From assembly GCA_032718475.1 (NCBI GenBank), contig JAUCBJ010007051.1, positions 1-50,300 of the forward strand: a stretch of 50,300 nucleotides of DNA, given 5' to 3'. Within the stretch, counting starts at the first letter, position 1. Each line of letters starts with the position of its first letter. Positions 25,500 to 38,351 of this stretch are shown here, one piece after another. The notes beneath the pieces are model-generated. The model did no database searches, was not told where the DNA came from, and worked only from the letters and a program-made list of their open reading frames with translations. The position numbers were made by a program, and so were the translations under genes. The DNA comes from Nemertoderma westbladi (Eukaryota > Animalia > Xenacoelomorpha).

Positions 25500-28400
25500 A
25501 TGTCTGATACTAAGCAGAACCTGTCAGACAGTTTATTAGATGTAACTATCTGCGACTCAGATAGAGACGTAGAACCGTCTGGTCGTAAGTTCAGTTCACC
25601 TCCCACTGTGAGGAAGGTCATCCCTCCAGTAGTAATAAAAGAACCTAGGCTGGTCCAACATCGTAGGTCTGTCATAGGCACTCGAGCTCAGGTCAAGCGG
25701 AACCAAGAAGCAGCGGAACAGCAACAACCCGCGAGCCAAGAACTTATTTCTCAGCGGCCCAACAGCTCCAGTAGTGAAGATACTGTAGAGCTGACACCCG
25801 AACGCGGAGCAAGGATGACGGATGAGGCTTATTCAGATCCCATTCTCATCCTTCCTGCAGCCGTACTCACTAGGTTATTGATCGCTGTGGAAGAACACCA
25901 GATCGATTGGGCGAGAAGCCAGCGTTCAACTAGAGATAGCTATGCTGGATACACAAGGGAAGAACTGAAGTCCATGGTCGAGTCGCAATGGAACTTTCCC
26001 GGACCCGGACTCCCGTTTGATTTATCCGAAGCTGCCTGGGAAGACATACACCGGATGGGAGTAGCCGAGGAAACCATAGATCCAGCTGTGTGGAAGAGGT
26101 CCGCAGCCGGATACGCACAGGGATTCTTCAGCTCTATGGAGCGAGTAGAAAAACAACTGTTACAACAACCTCAAGGACCTCAAGAGCAGGGACAGCTGCT
26201 TTATCAAGTAAGAGAAAGAATTCTACGAATCAGGTTAATATTATCGGCCTTTGAGGAGGCTTCTAAACGAAGACAAGACACGTCGTTGCAAGTTGCCGTA
26301 AAGACTTGGTTTCAACGGGTGAGTCGCCAGGTTCAAGGAGCAGCTCAGTGGAAAGCTCAGCTGGAGGAGCGCTCAACCCATGGAGAATCAACGGACGCTA
26401 CTTTTTCCCAAGTGGAAAGTGAAGCGACGGCAGAGAAACCGCATAAGAAGGATGCCATTGACATCTATCTGTCAGACTATCAGCGTTTTTTGGGAGATGA
26501 AGAGTTGAGGAGAAGGCTAGATGGACTTAGCCCTAATAGTGAAGGAGCCCAGCGTGTGTTGGATGCAATAGATGTAGATAGGTTAGCGGCGAACCAAGCT
26601 AAATTCGATGAACAACTCCGCATCGCTAGAGAAAAGGAAGAACAAGTAAGGAAAAAACGTATAGAAGACAGAAAGATAGCAGCAGTGGCAGAGGCAGAAA
26701 GAAAGGCGACCTTGGCAGAAGCAGCGGCAGAGGCAAAAGCGGCAGCAGCAGAAGCCGAGGCAAAGGCAAAAGCGGCAGCGGCAGAGGCAAAAGCGGCAGC
26801 AGCAGAAGCCGAGGCAAAGGCAAAAGCGACAGCGGCAGAGGCAAAAGCGGCAGCGGCAGAGGCAAAAGCGGCAGCAGTGGCGGAAGCAGAACGGAGAGCG
26901 GCTGAAGAGATCACCCAACTGGAGTTGGAAAATCTTCAAGAGAAGCAAGACGACTTCAGTAAACAGTTAACAGCTAGTAATATGCAGATGATGAATCGAT
27001 CTACTCCCAAAAGACAGGGATATACATCATCTGAAGAAGGCGATGCCACCGATACTGAAGGCAAAGGAAATAGATCTCGTCTAAGCAGACGTAAAAGAAC
27101 ATTCCACCGTCAGAAATTGCCTGATTTGCCTCCAGCTGTTAGAAGGCAACTAAATAACACCAACTTAGGCAGTACAGAACCCACAGACCAAATAATTAAA
27201 ATAGAAAGACTCCCTACTATAGTAGATGAGCCTGAAATAATTAGGCCTGTTTTTGAAATCACCCCTTCGGTGATAGACACACCTGTGCTCCCTGAAGCTA
27301 CCTCTACATTCCCTCTGCATAGCACTAAGCTACCTGTGCCCAGTAGAACTGCCCAGAAGACAGTTCAGGTCCTGGACCCCGAGCGAAATATTACTGATTT
27401 GTCGCCCGTTGTCCCTCGTCTGCCCGCTACGACGTTGGCGGATCCCGTTTCGGCGGTTGATTGGGTGGACGAGAGACGGCGGGGGATGGACATTCTCCTC
27501 GGAAAGATGGAGGAGAATCAAGCACGCTCCTCTCAACAGGTCCGAGAGTTAGAAGGGACTGTTCAACAGTTAAAGGGCACAGTAAGGGAAAGTAGGCTAG
27601 AGTTGCAAGAAGTGCAGCAAAATATCGCGCTAGAACGCGATAAATTAGTAAATTTACAAAAGGGTATACCACCACCCCCTATAACAATGTGTCAACCTGT
27701 TAGGTCTGAAGTATCTCATGCGCAAGGTGTGGAGCCTACACGCATCTATACTGCTAGCGAAGTAGAAACTCCTATAGTGAACCCTATTAAGGGTAATTAT
27801 AGACCTGTTGATAATGACATTCCCTATAGACCTGATCATAATCCGAGAAATTTATATACCGATAACTCGATATTAAATAACACGATGGCCCAAGAAAGTT
27901 TTACGCGTCAAATGGCTAGAACCGAAGCCCGTCAAGCGGTGAAGGTGGGAGAGATAGTCAAATTCAATGGAGATGAGATGAAATGGTTACCTTTTAATGA
28001 ATATTACAAAGATAACATACAGAACTCTGTACTATCTAATGGAGAAAAACTTAGATACCTCATCGAGTGCTTGGAAGGATCTCCCAAGTTAATGGCGTTA
28101 AAGTTTATTGGACATCCAGACGGATTAAGACAAGTTTGGGACACACTAAACATCAGGTATGGTAATAGGAATAATATCGCTAAGTATTTATATGCAAAAT
28201 TAGTAGCGCCCAGAAAGTTCATCAGCAGTGGGATAATAGAGTTTTCCGATGAGATTCAAGAGATCTGTAGACAATTAGATTGGTTAGGTAAGTCTCATGA
28301 ATACCAAAGTTCTATGGTCATTGGAGCTGTGGCTTCTACTTTACCGAAAGGTGGGGTAGGCACACGCTGGGATAAGAAAGTACTATATATGATGGAACAA

Positions 28401-31261
28401 CAACGACGAGACCCTACCATGGCTGATCTCATGTCATTCTTGGATGGAGAAGTGAAATTGCAACTCCTCAAGCAGTCCCGAGAGAAGACACCGGAAAACA
28501 AGGTAAGTGAAAAACCCGTCTCTAGGAGAAAGGTAACACCATTGTGTTATACAGACGACGGCGAAAGCCAGACTTCTCAAGGAGAAGATAGCGGGAAAGA
28601 CACTGATAGATCTTATTATGTCAATAAAATGCCTAAAGATCAGGTAAGTAAATTCAAGTCTCGAGCAAATGACAGGAGAGAACAGGTAAGAAAAACTCCT
28701 CCCACGTCTCCCAAGAGAATTCCGGTGAGAAAGCCCGAAGAAAGGGCAAGTGTACACAATGTGACTCAAAATAAGGTAAGTAACATCAAACCGAAATGTG
28801 CGCTGTGTGACGGGACCCACCGTTTGAATATGTGTGATGAATTCCTGAAGAAGTCATTAATGGAGAGACGCGAAGTCATGTGGGATAAGCGGTTATGTTA
28901 TAATTGCCTCAGACAAGGACACCAACGGCGTACCTGTTTCTCTGACATAAGGTGTGCAAAGTGTGGTGCGAAACATCATATCTTGTTGCACGCTGAATTC
29001 GATCGAAATAGTCCGAATCAGGTAAGTGATTCCGAGCTACATGTCCAATTCAGTGATGTGAACGACACTGATCAATCTGAGATGGAAGGATTCTATACAG
29101 ACGAGTTCTCCGACGAAAATGAATCCTGTTACATGATAAATACCGCAGTGTATCGAGCACTCACCTATGAAAAGGATACAGACAACGACTTCACTCTAAC
29201 TACTTCTGAACGACAACCATCTTGGAAAGAGCCATCTTCCAATGTAGGGATCCGAGAGTTTCCTGTGGTGCAGGTAAGGGTTCACGGACCTAAACGGAGT
29301 TATGTAGTGAACGCCCTCCTGGACTCCGGCAGCACAGGAACATTCATCGACAAAGAGCTAGCCGAAGATATATTTGCTGGACAACCCAAGTTCCAAACTA
29401 AGCTCAACATGTCCGGCATTATGCAAGTTTGGAAATCTACAATCACAGCGGATTATTATGTAGGAGCGTTATCCACCCCCCAGGACGAACTAGGAGAACA
29501 TAGCATAAGGTCAGTGAAAATGGTGGCTATAAAGAACTTCGCTACTACTCAAGCAGACCTTTATAATTGGGACGAGGATGAGAGCATCCAACATCTTAAC
29601 ATACCTCGATTCCAGACTGATTATCCTGGAGTGCAAATACTCATCGGCCAAAACGCGCATGAGGCGCTGGAGACATTAGAGAAACGGCCTGCTCAACCAC
29701 AGCCCCTACAGACCTATGCGGTAAGAACTAGAGTAGGTTGGTACTTTACTGGCCCTTCCCGTAGAACACTCAGAGAAAGACTACCGCAAGAGAGAGTCTG
29801 CCAGGTGAGTGAATGGGAAGATGATGCTAGTGAGGGAGACGATTCAACTGAGGGAATTCCATACTCCTCAGATAACGACGACGTTCACCAGCTTTTTGAT
29901 GAGGAGAATACCATCGATCTCCTTAAGGAAAACGAGGCTTGGCAAAACCAAGTGAACTTATGTCAACTTCTCTATCCATCTGAACGAGAAGCTTACAACG
30001 ACGAGTTAAATGACGTCATTGAGCGTTGCAATGCCAAGACTCGAGATGAACATGCAGTACGATTCTTTACGCAAGAGGCGGTAGAGCCCAATTCCTACGA
30101 TAAAGCCTTGTCGGTGGAAGAGGAAAGGGCCAAGCAGATCCAAGAGACAACTACACGTTTCCACAAAGATCAAGGAAGGTACGAAGTCGGTTTACCTTTT
30201 CGCAAGAGAGAACCGAAGTTCATCAATAACAGACCTTTGGCGGAAAAAAGAATCGCGCAACTCCATCGACGCCTTACGGCTAATTCTTCAGCTAAAGCAA
30301 TGTATCAAACACAGCTGGAAAAATTTATTAGTAAGGGATACGCGGAGAGAGTACCGGAAGAAACACCTGTGACTGAAAGAACGTATTACTTAACTCACCA
30401 TTACGTTCCTAAACCCGGTAAGCCACACGAAGTGAGAGTAGTGTTTGATGGCTCCGCTCTTTACATGGGTCAATCCCTTAACTCTGAATTGTTACCCGGA
30501 CCCAACTTGCTTCAATCTTTGTTGGGAATTCTTTTAAGATTGAGACAATATTCGATTGCTTTCGCCTCCGATATAGAAGGCATGTTCTTACAAGTCAAGG
30601 TGCTAGATAGGGATCGAGATAGTCTACGATTTCTGTGGTGGCCCGAAGGAGATCTCAACCAGAAACCGGTGGAGTACTGGATGACCATCCAGGCCTTCGG
30701 GATAATCTCAAGCCCTTCCAACGCCTGTTCGGTAGTGCGTACCACTGCAGAGGACAACCGAGAGGCATTCTCTAAGGAAGTGATCGACAACATCAAGAGA
30801 GACATATACATGGACGACAATCTGAAGTCCCTTCCATCAGTTGAGGAAGCCATTGAAGTCGCTAAAGGAACGGTAGAGTGCTTAAAAAGAGGTGGATTTC
30901 GATTAACCAAATTCACCAGCAACTCCCGTGAGTTTCTGGAGTCGATCCCTGCGGAGGATCGAGGAGCGAAAGATCTCGATTTGATCAAAGATGATCTGCC
31001 AGAAACCAAGACACTCGGCTTGAAATGGGACACAGAGCGAGATATCCTGTTTTTCCAGCTAAAACAGCGAGATAATCCAGTTCGAACCAAACGGATTTGC
31101 TTAAGTATACTGAGCACTTATTTCGATCCATTGGGATTTATTAGCCCAGTTATATTGATTGCTCGTAGTTTGGTACAACAAATGTGGCTTGAAAACCACT
31201 CATGGGACGATCCACTTAAGGGAGAATTATTGAAGAAGTGGATGAAATGGGAAGATTCTCT
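25500..31261 (+). CDS. BEL/Pao gag-pol polyprotein, 5' part (Gag, zinc knuckles, aspartic protease, RT)
   Basis: KFNGDEMKW gag block; CALCDGTH, CYNCLRQGH, CAKCGAKHH; LLDSGS; SDIEGMFLQV; YMDD; interrupted at 31262. Confidence 0.95.
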
Positions 31262-31800
31262 TGTGACGGGATCCAGGAGGGATCCCGATTTATCCGATGT
31301 GGTATTTAGTCCACGCGTCCCCGCCGTGTATAAGAGTGAAATAAAGATAACTGAGTTCTGAAGTTCGGTGTATAATAATAGGTTATAGGATATAGATATA
31401 CTGTGAATTGTACGGTAGGCGGGATACGGTAACTAAAGTCCCGTGATCCCCTAACTAAACTAATTGGCTGTACCCTACGCTAGCACTGCTGCACTGAGAT
31501 AACTGAATCACTGCTTAATAGGTTATTGGTTATATTGCACGGTGGCCTTACTGCTACTCAATCGATGCCATTCCCCCCCTCTGATTGGTTAATACCCTTG
31601 TTGGCTCCCCGTGGAGTATTCCCGTTCACTCCACCTGTTCTCCTTGGGTTAGGGGTTTGGCCCCTGACCCTCTATTGTGTGCTTCCTTCCCACTCTTATT
31701 GGGATGGCACGAGTTGGTTAATTGCCCAATCTCGTGGCTCCCAATATTGCTTATCGGCTTACAACTTTATGGGGTGTTGGCGGGATTGAATAAGCTAACA
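31262..31800 (-). repeat. 3' LTR of the nested element
   Basis: Matches 38352-38890; preceded on the minus strand by a PPT. Confidence 0.95.
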
Positions 31801-32199
31801 CTCCCCCCCATGCTATCTTCCCGGTAAGAAGATAGCATCAACCAAAAAGTGCGTTACAATCCCGCTGGATCCCGATCTAGCATCGGGTGTGGGGTGGGTA
31901 TATTTTTTCGGAGTCGGCTTTCCAGGCCGCTCCCTATGGGTATGATGTCACTACCCTCTGGCGTCTCGTGTCGGGCCGATCGTGCGCTTCTCTCACACAA
32001 TTTTTGTTTCCCCAACACTCTCACCACTCTACTCCAACTCTCGCATACCCCCGGACCTCCTCGTCCCACACTCTTCCTCTCACTTCTCCTCCCCCACACT
32101 TGAATTGCGCCCACGCTCTCTTCGCACTCCGCACTATTACCTCTCCACTCTCTTGTCACTCCCTAAGGCTTTAATCTCTAATGCTACCCCTGTGCTATC

Positions 32200-34500
32200 A
32201 TACTATCTACCTACTGCTTACTAACTCTAACTATCTAACTAACTCTGCTAACTACTAACTCTTACTACTTCTAGCTCTAACTGAGAGCCTCTAACTTTCT
32301 ACTAACTCTAACTCTCTACTAAGTCTAACTAACTCCTACTAGCTCTCTACTTCTACTAACTCTACTTGACTCCTCTGAGTCTACCAACTCTGCTAACTAG
32401 CTCTACTAACTCTACTCCACTAGCTCTACTAACTCTACTCCACTAGCTCTGCTAACTCTACTAACTAGCTCTACTAACTCTACTCCACTCTTCTAACTAT
32501 GTGGCGCTTGCGGTGCCCACAACCACTCTACTATCTGGCACCCTATGTGCCCTTCTACTACTCAACTACCTCTCTAACACTCTAACCCTACTACTTGGCA
32601 CCCTATGTGCCCTCTCTACTACTCCACTCTCTGGCACCCTATGTGCCCTCTCTACTACCTCTAACACTACTACCTGGCACCCTATGTGCCCTCTCTGCTC
32701 TACTCTACTACCTGGCACCCTATGTGCCCTCTCTACTACACTATTACCTCTCTAACTCTACTACCTGGCACCCTATGTGCCCGTCCCTACTCTTCTACTC
32801 ACTGGTACCCTATGTACCCTCTCTACTACCTCTAACACTCTACTCTACTACCTGGCACCCTATGTGCCCTCTCTACTCTTCTACTCTCTGGCACCCTATG
32901 TGCCCATCTCTACTCCTCTACATCCCCTTTACGTCTCATCGCCTACACGTGACGCTCTGAGTGCCGGCAGAGTGGGTACGTTAATTATGTGAACTACTAC
33001 TGACTCTACTAACTCTACTAACTCTCTTCTAACTCTACTAACTCTTTTTGTGCCCGGCACCTCTTGTGCCCGGCACCTTCTAACTCTACTAACTGGCACC
33101 CTATGTGCCCTCTCTACTCTACTCTACTACTCTATCTCTAACTCTCTAACTCTACTACCTGGCACCCTATGTGCCCGTCTACTACTCTACTCTTTTTGTG
33201 CCCGGCACCTCTTGTGCCCGGCACCCACCCTAATTAACATACCTTGCTCTTACATCAAACACATCATCACGCCCGTGCCCCACTAAGTTCAGCGCATTCC
33301 CTACTAACTCTAACTACGTGGCGCTTACGGTGCCCACAACCCTCTACTGCTACTACTAACACCCCTAACTAACGGTACTACGTACCCTCTTACTACTCTA
33401 GCTCTCTCTACTAGCTAGCGGTACAACGTACCCTCTTACTACTCTAGCTCTCTCTACTAGCTAGCGGTACAACGTACCTCTTACTACTCCTACTCTCTAG
33501 CCGGTACTTACGTACCCTCTAACTCTAACTCTAACTAGGTACTACGTACCTTCTAACTCTAACTCTAACTAGGTACTACGTACCTACTAACTCTCTAACT
33601 AGGTACTACGTACCTACTAACTCTCTAACTATCGGTACTACGTACCCTCTAACTCTAACTAGGTACTACGTACCTACTGACTCTCTAACTAACTCTAGGT
33701 ACTACGTACCTACTAACTCTCTAACTCTAGGTACTACGTACCTACTAACTCTAACTCTAACTAGGTACTACGCACCTACTAACTCTAACTCTAACTAGGT
33801 ACTACGTACCTACTAACTCTTACTAACTCTCTAACGGTACTACGTACCTACTAACTCTAGGTACTACGTACCTACTAACTCTAGCTAACTCTAGGTACTA
33901 CGTACCTACTAACTCTAACTCTGATTAGGTACTACGTACCTACTAACTCTAACTAACTCTAGGTACTACGTACCTACTAACTCTAACTCTGATTAGGTAC
34001 TACGTACCTACTAACTCTAACTAACTCTAGGTACTACGTACCTACTAACTCTAACTAACTCTAGGTACTACGTACCTACTAACTCTCTAACTCTAGGTAC
34101 TACGTACCTACTAACTCTCTAACTAACGGTACTACACGTACCCTCCTACTAACTCTTCTACTAACGGTACTACACGTACCCTCCTACTAACTCTTCTACT
34201 AACGGTACTACACGTACCCTCCTACTAACTCTTCTACTAACGGTACTACACGTACCCTCCTACTAACTCTTCTACTAACGGTACTACACGTACCCTCCTA
34301 CTAACTCTTCTACTAACGGTACTACACGTACCCTCCTACTAACTCTTCTACTAACGGTACTACACGTACCCTCCTTTAACTAACTCTTCTACTAACGGTA
34401 CTACACGTACCTTCCTACTAACTCTTCTACTAACGGTACTACACGTACCCTTTAACTAACTAACTAACTAACTAACTCTTACTACCTAACTTCTACCTAC
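32200..34500. repeat. Complex tandem array of short hairpin motifs separated by CT/CTA-rich spacers
   Basis: GGCACCCTATGTGCC, GGTACTACGTACC and GGTACTACACGTACC units; a regular 38-bp period at 34128-34450. Confidence 0.9.
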
Positions 34501-34529
34501 TCTATTATTTAATTATTTTCTTATTTTAA

Positions 34530-37500
34530 TTAAATAATTATTTTATATTTTGTGCGTGGGAAGGGCGTCTTGCCCTCATTCCCACCCCCCTCAGTCCAAA
34601 ACTTTGCACGACTAAAAACTCTCACGCGCCCCTTCTTCCGGTAGGCACTCTCCCGCTGCCCTCCTATACGTCCTCTAACTCTTCGCCACACTCTCTTCGG
34701 TGCCACCTTTGCTGGCCTCCCCCTTCGTATGTGCGCTGGCATTAGAGCCCTCGACGACCCCCGCTCGTTCCTTGGTACACGCGGTGTCTGCCCATGTAAT
34801 GCCCCCTCGCACTGTGTCCGTCCTGCGTGTGTATGCAACACGCCTCCTTCTACTTTCCCGACTCCCTTATGTTTGCTAATGGGCTTCTCTGCCCCTGGTT
34901 TAGTCTTTTCATATCCTCTCCCTTTCCAACACTCTCCGGATCTGTGTCCTTTTACCACACATCGATGACATAGTCCGTTTGCGTCTGTGTAGGCTACACG
35001 ATCTCGTTTGGGCAACGCTTGCCAGTACTTGCAACTCCTGGTCTTATGGGTTCCGTCCCGATGTAATTGACATTGGAATCCTGGATTATAGCGTTTCCTG
35101 TATAGTCCTTCACGTATCGCGCTTAGGTTTATATGTACCGATTTAATGTTTTGGTTGTCTAGACTCGGCCTACTGGGTATATTGGGATTGTTTTTATTTA
35201 CGGTGTTATTTTCTTCCTGTCCCTGCCACGGTGTGGCCCTGCTACCACCTAACTGTGGACTAGCAGTCCCCTGTATGGCCGCGTGTGGTATCGACTGTCC
35301 GCACGACCTTCTCTCGTCCAAGGGGTCCGATGTTCTTGCTCCTATTGGGGTATATTGTTGATATTGTGATGGGGGAATGTCACCCTGTCCCCCCCCCAGC
35401 CGGTATGTTTGGTACTGGGGTTGATGTTAATGTATTGGGGCCCATACATCTATCTCCAATAACTCTCCCCTCCCCTGGATATATGTTATGTCCCTGTGTA
35501 TTATAGTCATGCTGCTGTACCGATATAGGCCTACCCACTTCTTGCCTACCTACCGGTATGTACTCCGCGGCTCCCGGGTTTAATCCCGTCGTTCGCGCTA
35601 CCCCATCGCCTACTCTATCTCTCCCAGCATGGCCTATAATAGTATGTGCAGTAAGGCCTACAGTATGTCCTGCAGTCTGCATGTGCCCTTCCGAACCGAA
35701 GTTTATTCTTCGCGAATCTCGAATCTCCCCGCGACTACTGCACTCTCGATCGGCAGCTATATCCCGTCGGGAAGCTTCTCTTCGATCCCCTCTCCTGTTC
35801 TCGACAATGTATTGGTACGTCTTGTACCCCTCTCTTGGCGTGCGGTGCGTTTCTCCGGGGCGACGGCAATCTCCCGAAGTTCGACCCCACTGACTCCCTA
35901 ACTCCATCTCTACTATCGACGGTCCGTTATCCGTCCTCGCACTGCTATCGTTCGTGGCGACACTTCTTCTACTATCTTCTCTTCTTCTCTTTTCTGTGTA
36001 GTATTCCGGCTCGTGAGGTCTCTCGTCGACCTCCCGGTTAAACTCCACTCTTCCTCCTCCCTCTTCTAATCGGGCTCGACGCTTCGTCTGCCCTCTCGCG
36101 ACGTCAACCTGCCTCTCTCTACTCGATCGCACGCCGCTGGGGATACTCGCAATCCCCCTATTACTCTCCGTCGCCGGGTGTTGCGGTTTACCTGATTCGG
36201 CCCGCGCATTATCCGCTGACGGCTGTGGGACACTCTCTGCCCCCCTCTCTCTCTACTAGTCTCTCGCGGTGGGGTGCCCGTAGCCCCCCCCCCCACCCGC
36301 CACTTCTAACTTCACTATTTCTTACTACACTTCTATACCCCTCTTGTGGGGCATTCTCTGCCCCCCCTCTCTCGCCACTAATCTTATGTGGTGGGGCGCC
36401 CGTAGCCCCCCCCCACCCGCCACATCTAACTTCACTATCTCTTACTTCGTCTCTACACCCCTCTCTAGTCGACGCACTGTCTCTACTACGGCTGGGTCTA
36501 TCCACCCCCGCCTCTCTCTCTACTACTGCGAGGCCTACCAGGCCCACCTCGGGTTGGCTCAACCCCGCTACCTCCTGCCTACCAACTACGTGGCCTACCA
36601 GGCCGCCGTCGGGTTGGCTCAACCCTGCCACCTCCTGCCTACTAACTACGTGGCCTACCAGGCCACCGTCTGCCGGGTTATGTACGTCCGACACGCTCAT
36701 ATTAATAGCACCATTCCCAATATTATTTGTTAAATCAATTAAATTATTAGAATTTGAAACGGGATTATTATTTAAATTATTTAAATTACTTAGATCACTA
36801 CTATTCTCTAAACTTAAATTATTATTCGAATTATTTTTCGGGTTTGAATTGAAATTATTATTTAGAGTATTTGTATTTAAATTTAAATTACTACTACCCG
36901 GTAAAATATTATTTCCTGTAATAAAGGGATTAGGGTTATCTACTACGGTACTATTAATATTAACTATTTCTAACGTACTACTACTACCCCCCCCCGCCCG
37001 TACGGCTACACCAGTTCTGGTTTTCTCGCTCGGTGCTTGTAAGTGGGGGCTCACTCTCTGATATCTCCAACCGCGCCAGTTCTAGTCGGCGCTGGTCTAG
37101 TTTGGCTTGATATTGCGCAAGCCTCCCTAGCTGAGCACGCAAATCTTCCCGCTCACGCTCTATCTCTATCTCTCTCTCTATGCACTTTCGTAAACTTTGC
37201 TCGGCCAACTCGGTATCTCTCGCAACCATCTCAAGCCACGTTGCCGGCTCGTCCCCTACTCTCATCTCCCGCTCTCTACACTCCTTGACTCTCTCTCTAT
37301 CCTCCCTTGCCCACTCTCTTTCTCTCTCCAACCATGCGGTTTCCTCTCTCAATTGTCTCTCTAACTCATTCTGCTCTGTCGCCACCATCGCTAATTCATA
37401 CATCAGATTTATTTTTAGCACCCTTCTTTCTTTCGCGGAGGATGTAGCAGACTTATCGGTTGCGACGGACTCCCGCCGCCCCTCCGTCCTATCAACTTTC

Positions 37501-38237
37501 CCCCGCCTCCCGGAACTTCCTCCAACCGACGAGACCGAATCCTCGGAGTTAACCTCTGATTCGCCCTCCTCAGGTCTCTTCCAACCCACTAACTTAACTC
37601 CCCGGGCATCGACTAAGTATGGCCCTATGTACACTACACTAGGTTCCATACCCCCACATTCCCATAGTTTAAACAGTTCGAAGGCAACTCCCCACGCCCT
37701 CAACTCTGCTAGTTCTCTCTGCCCAGAACACACTAGGTGATCAAAGTATCTGTTCGACTCACCTAGTCCCTTTGTCATCCTGACCTCGTCTATCCTCGCC
37801 CCCTCCTTGGCCTCCTTTAGTAGTTCCCGGGTCGCGTTGTAGGCCCGTCGAAGTCGATCAGAAACCCCGACGTCCTCGTCGCCGACCTCTTCTCTGTCTC
37901 TCCGGGTCCGACGTCGTACCGACGGCCCCACCGTTGCCGTTCCGGTGGACCGTTCGTCGTCCTCGGCCTGTGGCTGGCCGGTGACATCGGTATGTCGACC
38001 CTCGCTCCGCGTCGACTCGTCTCTTTCTCCCTCGACCTCGTTCTCTCTATCCTCCGGCTCGAGTCCCTCTCCTCTCAACTCGGATTCTGATTCCAGACGG
38101 TCCCCCTCATCTTGGACTTCCGGGTCACCCGTTACCGATGGCTCTGGCGTCGTGGGCCTATACCGCCTGGTCGCGGCCTCGCGGATCGTTTGATCTTCGT
38201 CCGGGGTCCGCGTCGGTGTCTCGCCCGATTCACTCAT
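34530..38237 (-). CDS. Gag-like protein of the nested element (about 1235 aa if four frameshifts are repaired)
   Basis: Consecutive minus ORFs join at G runs; coiled-coil-like E/R segment, Asn-rich tract, C-terminal CQLHRDGTHKTRSC and CHRCVVKGHRSGEC knuckles. Confidence 0.7.
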
Positions 38238-38351
38238 CTCGTTTGTGGCTGATGATTCGGCTAGCTAGGTTGCAGTTCTTAGAGTTTAACTAGGGCGGCA
38301 GCTCGGTTTAGTTACTGTGTTTAGCTGGGGAAGCAACACCGTTTTAGTTAC

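Noticed and set aside
26480-26948. Ala-, Cys- and Leu/Pro-rich minus-strand ORFs
   Set aside because: Antisense shadows of the AEAKA repeat in gag
31262-31361. C-terminal 33 aa of the 1953-aa ORF as real protein
   Set aside because: Read-through into the nested LTR; the true frame continues at 38896
32501-33286. Leu-rich plus-strand ORFs
   Set aside because: Translation of the hairpin repeat array; no domain features
36225-38193. Ser/Leu/Pro-rich plus-strand ORFs
   Set aside because: Antisense to the purine-rich gag-like frame
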